Source: a virus
Taxonomy: Duplodnaviria > Caudoviricetes
Direction: 5' to 3' (one strand)
IMG/VR virus record: IMGVR_UViG_3300031957_002550
Location: 1 to 46,636 of that record
Length of the DNA: 46,636 nt
In this document: positions 44,701 through 46,636 of the stretch, one piece after another
How positions within the stretch are numbered: the first letter of the stretch is position 1
How the letters are laid out: each line of letters starts with the position of its first letter
Notes under the pieces: model-generated
Told to the model about the DNA's origin: nothing
The model's input: only the letters and a program-made list of their open reading frames with translations
The model's database searches: none
Translations under genes and position numbers: made by a program

Positions 44701-46636
44701 AAGATCATGGCGTTCCGTGGTGCGCGCGCGCGTCCATCGCCCGATGGCGTGTCTGACCAGCAAATGATCGGAGGAGGCTGGTTTACTGATGCCCCTCAGA
44801 CGGCAAACACATATGCGCGGCCACATGTGGGAGCCCCAGCCTTTGCGATGGAGGCTCGCCTGCGCCTGCGCAATCCCATGCAGATCGACGCCAAGGGCAA
44901 GCACTTTGACCAGATTCCGGTGAGCCTGCTGAAGGGCATTGTGCCGGACCACTTGCTGAAGGGCCGCAGACTGGTGGCCTCTGACAGTATTGTCCTGATG
45001 GCCAAGCATTTGGGCCATGACGGTGTGATCTTCCGGAACATGAAGGACGACTTCAACACGAACGCGATCACGACAAAGCCTGCGACGATCTACAACGTAT
45101 TTGATGCGAAGGACATTCGCTCTGCCTTTGCGGCATTCGATGATGCGAAGAGTGAGGAGGCGGGGCTGCTGTATCAATTCGCTGGCCCACAAGCTGAAAC
45201 AGCGAACATTCACGAACTCGCTCGCGCGAAAGGCTTGATTGAGGAGGGGCTCAACCCAGAACATGTCAGGCGCCAAACTGGCTGGTTTCGCGGTCCTGAC
45301 AATAAGTGGCGCTACGAAATCAGCGATGCCTCCGCTCGTCTCCGTCCGGATGGCGCCTTTGACCCTGAGAGCATTGAGAGCGGATCAAGGTTCACGCTTG
45401 ATGAGATAATTGAGCACGATGCGCTATTTGCTGCCTACCCGGACTTGAAGATGATCTCCATCAAGTTCGACTCCGAAATCAAGTCAGCCGGTTATGTTTC
45501 GGGGGACGGCATGGAGATGGGAATCAATCCCTCAAAATTGGCGGAGTCCGGGGACTTGAGCTTGATGTCCGTGTTGCTGCATGAAATCCAGCACCTCATC
45601 CAGCGCAGGGAAGGGTTTGCGCGCGGGGGCAGTGAGCGCATGGCGTCAGGCGTCAAAAACGCATTGAGTGAACTGGCCCTCCAGAAGGAGATGGAACTAA
45701 AGCGCTTTGCCGAAAACAATCCGGACCTGTTTGAGAGCGCGGACGACGCGCGAAATATGGTTCGGTATGCGCACCTCTACAAAGACTTCGAGGCCCTGAT
45801 ACGATACTCCGAGATGGATCGCCCGTCTGGTGTGTTCCGGCACATTCGTGGCTCAACCCAGTGGCTGCACAGTCCGACTATTCGGGACAACCCGGATTTG
45901 AGTGCTCGCGCGAGTGAACTGTACCGCTCCCTCTATGCCCTCCCCAATCGGGGCTGGAAGCGAAATGCGTTCTTGCAGGAGTATGCCTTTAATCTCGCGC
46001 AAATCCTCAAGGCGGCAGTGCCTGCGGACGCATGGAAGGCGATGTCTGAAGACACAAGAAAAACTAACTCGATGCTGAAGGCGTTTGAGCGCGAGAGCGC
46101 AAAGGTTCAAGAGAAGCTCGGCCCCTATTACGTCAAGATGGCGAACGCTCGGCTCGCAAAGAACCAATACGAAGGCACCCAGACCAAGACTGCGTTTGAA
46201 ATATACCAGTTGTTGGCGGGGGAGGTTGAGGCGCGGAATACGCAAGAGCGGGCAGCGATGACGGATGAGGAGCGTCGGGACACCCCCCCTCAATCAACCG
46301 CAACTCGCCACGACTGGTCTTCTCTGAAAAAGGTTCCTGTTGCCAATGAGGATGTGATCGTCGTCATGCAGGATATGGAGGTGTCGTCGCCGTTCATTGG
46401 CAACAACCTGGAGCTTTCTCCGGAAGAGATGAGCTTGCCCATGTTCCAGCGCGGAGACCCCAAAGGCTGGGGCGAAACATCCCCTCCGCCAGACCTTCCC
46501 CCGATCCGCCTAGACCTGTCAGCCGTCCGTGAAGACTATGGCGAGGATGCTGTGCGTCGCTTGCCCCGTGCAATCCGTGAGCGCTCTGGCGCAGGCTCAA
46601 GCGTCACTGACATGCTCGAAACCATCCGGGGTGTCC
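38752..46636 (+). CDS. Giant polyvalent ejection protein (gp16 position), 3'-partial, >2600 aa
   Basis: ATG overlaps the upstream TAA; frame 1 stays open in all segments translated and no terminated ORF is listed in this frame; ART-like YHGT...GMYFT...NP...FDPANIRS and FRG...WFTD...NP...FDAKDIRS; LPD23-like TGWFRGPDNKWRYEISD; HELQH, HELSH, HEIQH. Confidence 0.9.
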   Translation, partial: MADGDFILSEEDRAKLRERMGQVEDTRRDLTDQRNAIVETDSPDDAAYDLKRSKELGIPRAAVGGDRDGHKAQQQFEELNRLAEEAPKSRRWLAEPDNYAIARDEVKDISLMEKLMAAGSSVMYWGASDFGEALPDVAKASPAKFKQQYYGTLQQQQEMAGAYQRELDAWKARRKPIFSDGQVDIGAFNARLFGQQKKPEAPLALKMVGLGADDSYSELGRKAAMGLLDKDAQQSAYQARKALEEFQAKMPRTGDFVTDSALSGVSSLINMLPMIGMAIATKSPNAPSVLMGGQVQGESYARAREEGLSPLEADQYAGSQAAIEVAMERVGLGVIFKNLEDGAPLVRQFLEGQTTEQVQEQITTVLQDFVDWQTFNPEKTIAEFAAERPEAAAQTAIATLVASGAMQGSIIGADALMTSESDRQARVKNTEAQQRVSKIFDAANRLKTLQRSPEAAVSLLDEITGDTDVETVTIDLDGIGPALEEAGIDPLEALTGLGLDDAALKQAYDLGGEIEVRTSALLTSPLMRDNRAQIEPHVRHNADEYTPAKREAAEAELETEIQNIVAEGRKGLEDAGSSMEADDQVRDLVTQRLQQGGAEYAQQDVANAEIELMTAMNNTLARALGRDPVEFFNERFPDVKASLSEEQGAEVLQQAQTNGYEGQDLEGAQEWEAARAKGLDMSPEGRMTRAQEMGFDTDTVLYHGTTASFDEFSADGNHENHHGAGMYFTSSELDVANNYAGMGPDLTNKIEREAERLAGETDREYDDPDVIAEARQKWVRHDGATMPVFVRVRNPVIVNGQLPGLSDRVSRQHAPKSTFWEMTHPYDEELDEYGEPEGPAVDLIEAVRNRLNDISFERADEFASALYGMAIENEGLSADEFEKSTRDSELYLFEYDYSVGQLMRDVYRDLGHDGIVLNNAERQFSSMGMNPDTTHTVVFDPANIRSVNAAFDPDMSDSANLLNQLIGPKAKGADQAILSEAQKMAKATVKTGGVFSKRKPKYTRQQIWDKTAEMGQPWYQDKNGDWISEIEDGAVVVNSEKGKVSEVIEYPALYEQYPEIGKQRADARPGVDVMEDTGDADIPGARGSYEADPVFWRPHVRISTQSDVVAPYTAVHELQHAIDHIEKRKMGKRSDGYALMPTERRAFNTMYRKDWTMEERIAVPPWKTEQEAIDWFLGGRAIGVAPAKYAKDGLYDPFPVFREPKPKEQAWREGEDTGANIPADRQSRSRELEARGERQPSGGYSPYVADTRDIAGRTFLTRKEAERNIAVLAESGKLPPPAGGAMTVEEMLDPQNMVNLDAPYSEQPQKVQTALRALWDMEASRLGADYSVGWDNAWIRERIGDPANLSGADMMREIAGFRVNEDGGGQIDWVFKNLRDRGIMAGTYIPGGKRAESEEGPPQFESIMLFDETLAPHPTDAEGNLMQQARGTFSPTRNLVTLFDQRNASTLMHELSHWYLTELHNMATAENAPAFVKKQYEEVLRWARVPYDFQMFDENGVITDQGREVQESFAETFEAYLRDGKAPTAALRDAFRVFKRWITSIYRRLTGLERANLTPEIRSVMDRMVASEDAIKAASKPVETLADQQAKAMLDAGIITEKQYDNFRKRIESARESAKEDLLQVLMQQHLRESEGWWRDERKRVKGDLTREFDRSQVGRAWNWLAGQGWKGDVPESEYVGEGEFYQDGGGLKPQLSLEELYRSIALTPGTANGKSPLFDSVVAAGRQAASDTAKTTYGSKDGIPSEGDLLDEAGIEHDDGFIEEPVPLTPILALALKDLGVVEITVEEYASIDPDGYAKHFGGLDASWSRLTRADLRMEFNDYAIDQVLSEGETDEFAYVRMDSGVVERITRSALSEIKSLEDVFEHPNHHVRAAAFRALLDELGVKYGTAGYEGVNSEYVFAEGANQDEIKIRFSDHERQSRLHTPADYNFANSKFPVTDYLRVADDLAAAQVVGGELYQLTPERIDEAKARMERAERQGFKIMAFRGARARPSPDGVSDQQMIGGGWFTDAPQTANTYARPHVGAPAFAMEARLRLRNPMQIDAKGKHFDQIPVSLLKGIVPDHLLKGRRLVASDSIVLMAKHLGHDGVIFRNMKDDFNTNAITTKPATIYNVFDAKDIRSAFAAFDDAKSEEAGLLYQFAGPQAETANIHELARAKGLIEEGLNPEHVRRQTGWFRGPDNKWRYEISDASARLRPDGAFDPESIESGSRFTLDEIIEHDALFAAYPDLKMISIKFDSEIKSAGYVSGDGMEMGINPSKLAESGDLSLMSVLLHEIQHLIQRREGFARGGSERMASGVKNALSELALQKEMELKRFAENNPDLFESADDARNMVRYAHLYKDFEALIRYSEMDRPSGVFRHIRGSTQWLHSPTIRDNPDLSARASELYRSLYALPNRGWKRNAFLQEYAFNLAQILKAAVPADAWKAMSEDTRKTNSMLKAFERESAKVQEKLGPYYVKMANARLAKNQYEGTQTKTAFEIYQLLAGEVEARNTQERAAMTDEERRDTPPQSTATRHDWSSLKKVPVANEDVIVVMQDMEVSSPFIGNNLELSPEEMSLPMFQRGDPKGWGETSPPPDLPPIRLDLSAVREDYGEDAVRRLPRAIRERSGAGSSVTDMLETIRGV

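Larger units (their letters stand above)
1..46636. mobile_element. Temperate podovirus-type phage genome (partial), apparently unintegrated
   Basis: Lysis, tail, int/attP, recombination, CI/Cro, replication, terminase, portal, capsid and ejection genes span the window; no flanking block of host genes. Confidence 0.95.

Noticed and set aside
25704-45276. Long minus-strand ORFs (25704, 27717, 30780, 37337, 38917, 44320)
   Set aside because: Antisense shadows of GC-biased structural genes; no motifs

Overview
The whole window reads as one temperate, podovirus-type phage genome (GC-rich; gene content suggests an alphaproteobacterial host, which is inference). It appears unintegrated: a 3' half tRNA-Thr(UGU) attP core sits next to a tyrosine integrase with phage genes on both sides, and both window ends cut through phage genes. 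Order: end of a late operon (divergent lid-less Hsp70, GH24 endolysin, spanins, holin candidate, tailspike); a leftward block (sulfotransferase, small accessory genes, attP, int, xis, NinB, YqaJ exonuclease, ERF); a CI/Cro switch with four 15-bp operators; a rightward early block (HTH proteins, replication initiator with ori iterons); terminases; T7/BPP-1-like portal, scaffold, capsid, tail tube and ejection proteins; and a giant ORF (>2600 aa, 38752 to beyond the window end, absent from the ORF track) with two ADP-ribosyltransferase-like and three HExxH modules. Most notable: (1) an Hsp70 translationally coupled to the endolysin; (2) a promoter-bearing ~110-nt three-way-junction RNA with complementary loops at 8210-8318; (3) the modular giant ejection protein with recurring hydrophobic-x-Q junction motifs; (4) small genes bounded by exact direct repeats; (5) a structured capsid leader with a duplicated internal-loop motif; (6) a split tail-nozzle gene. 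All family calls come from motif recognition by eye; no searches were run.
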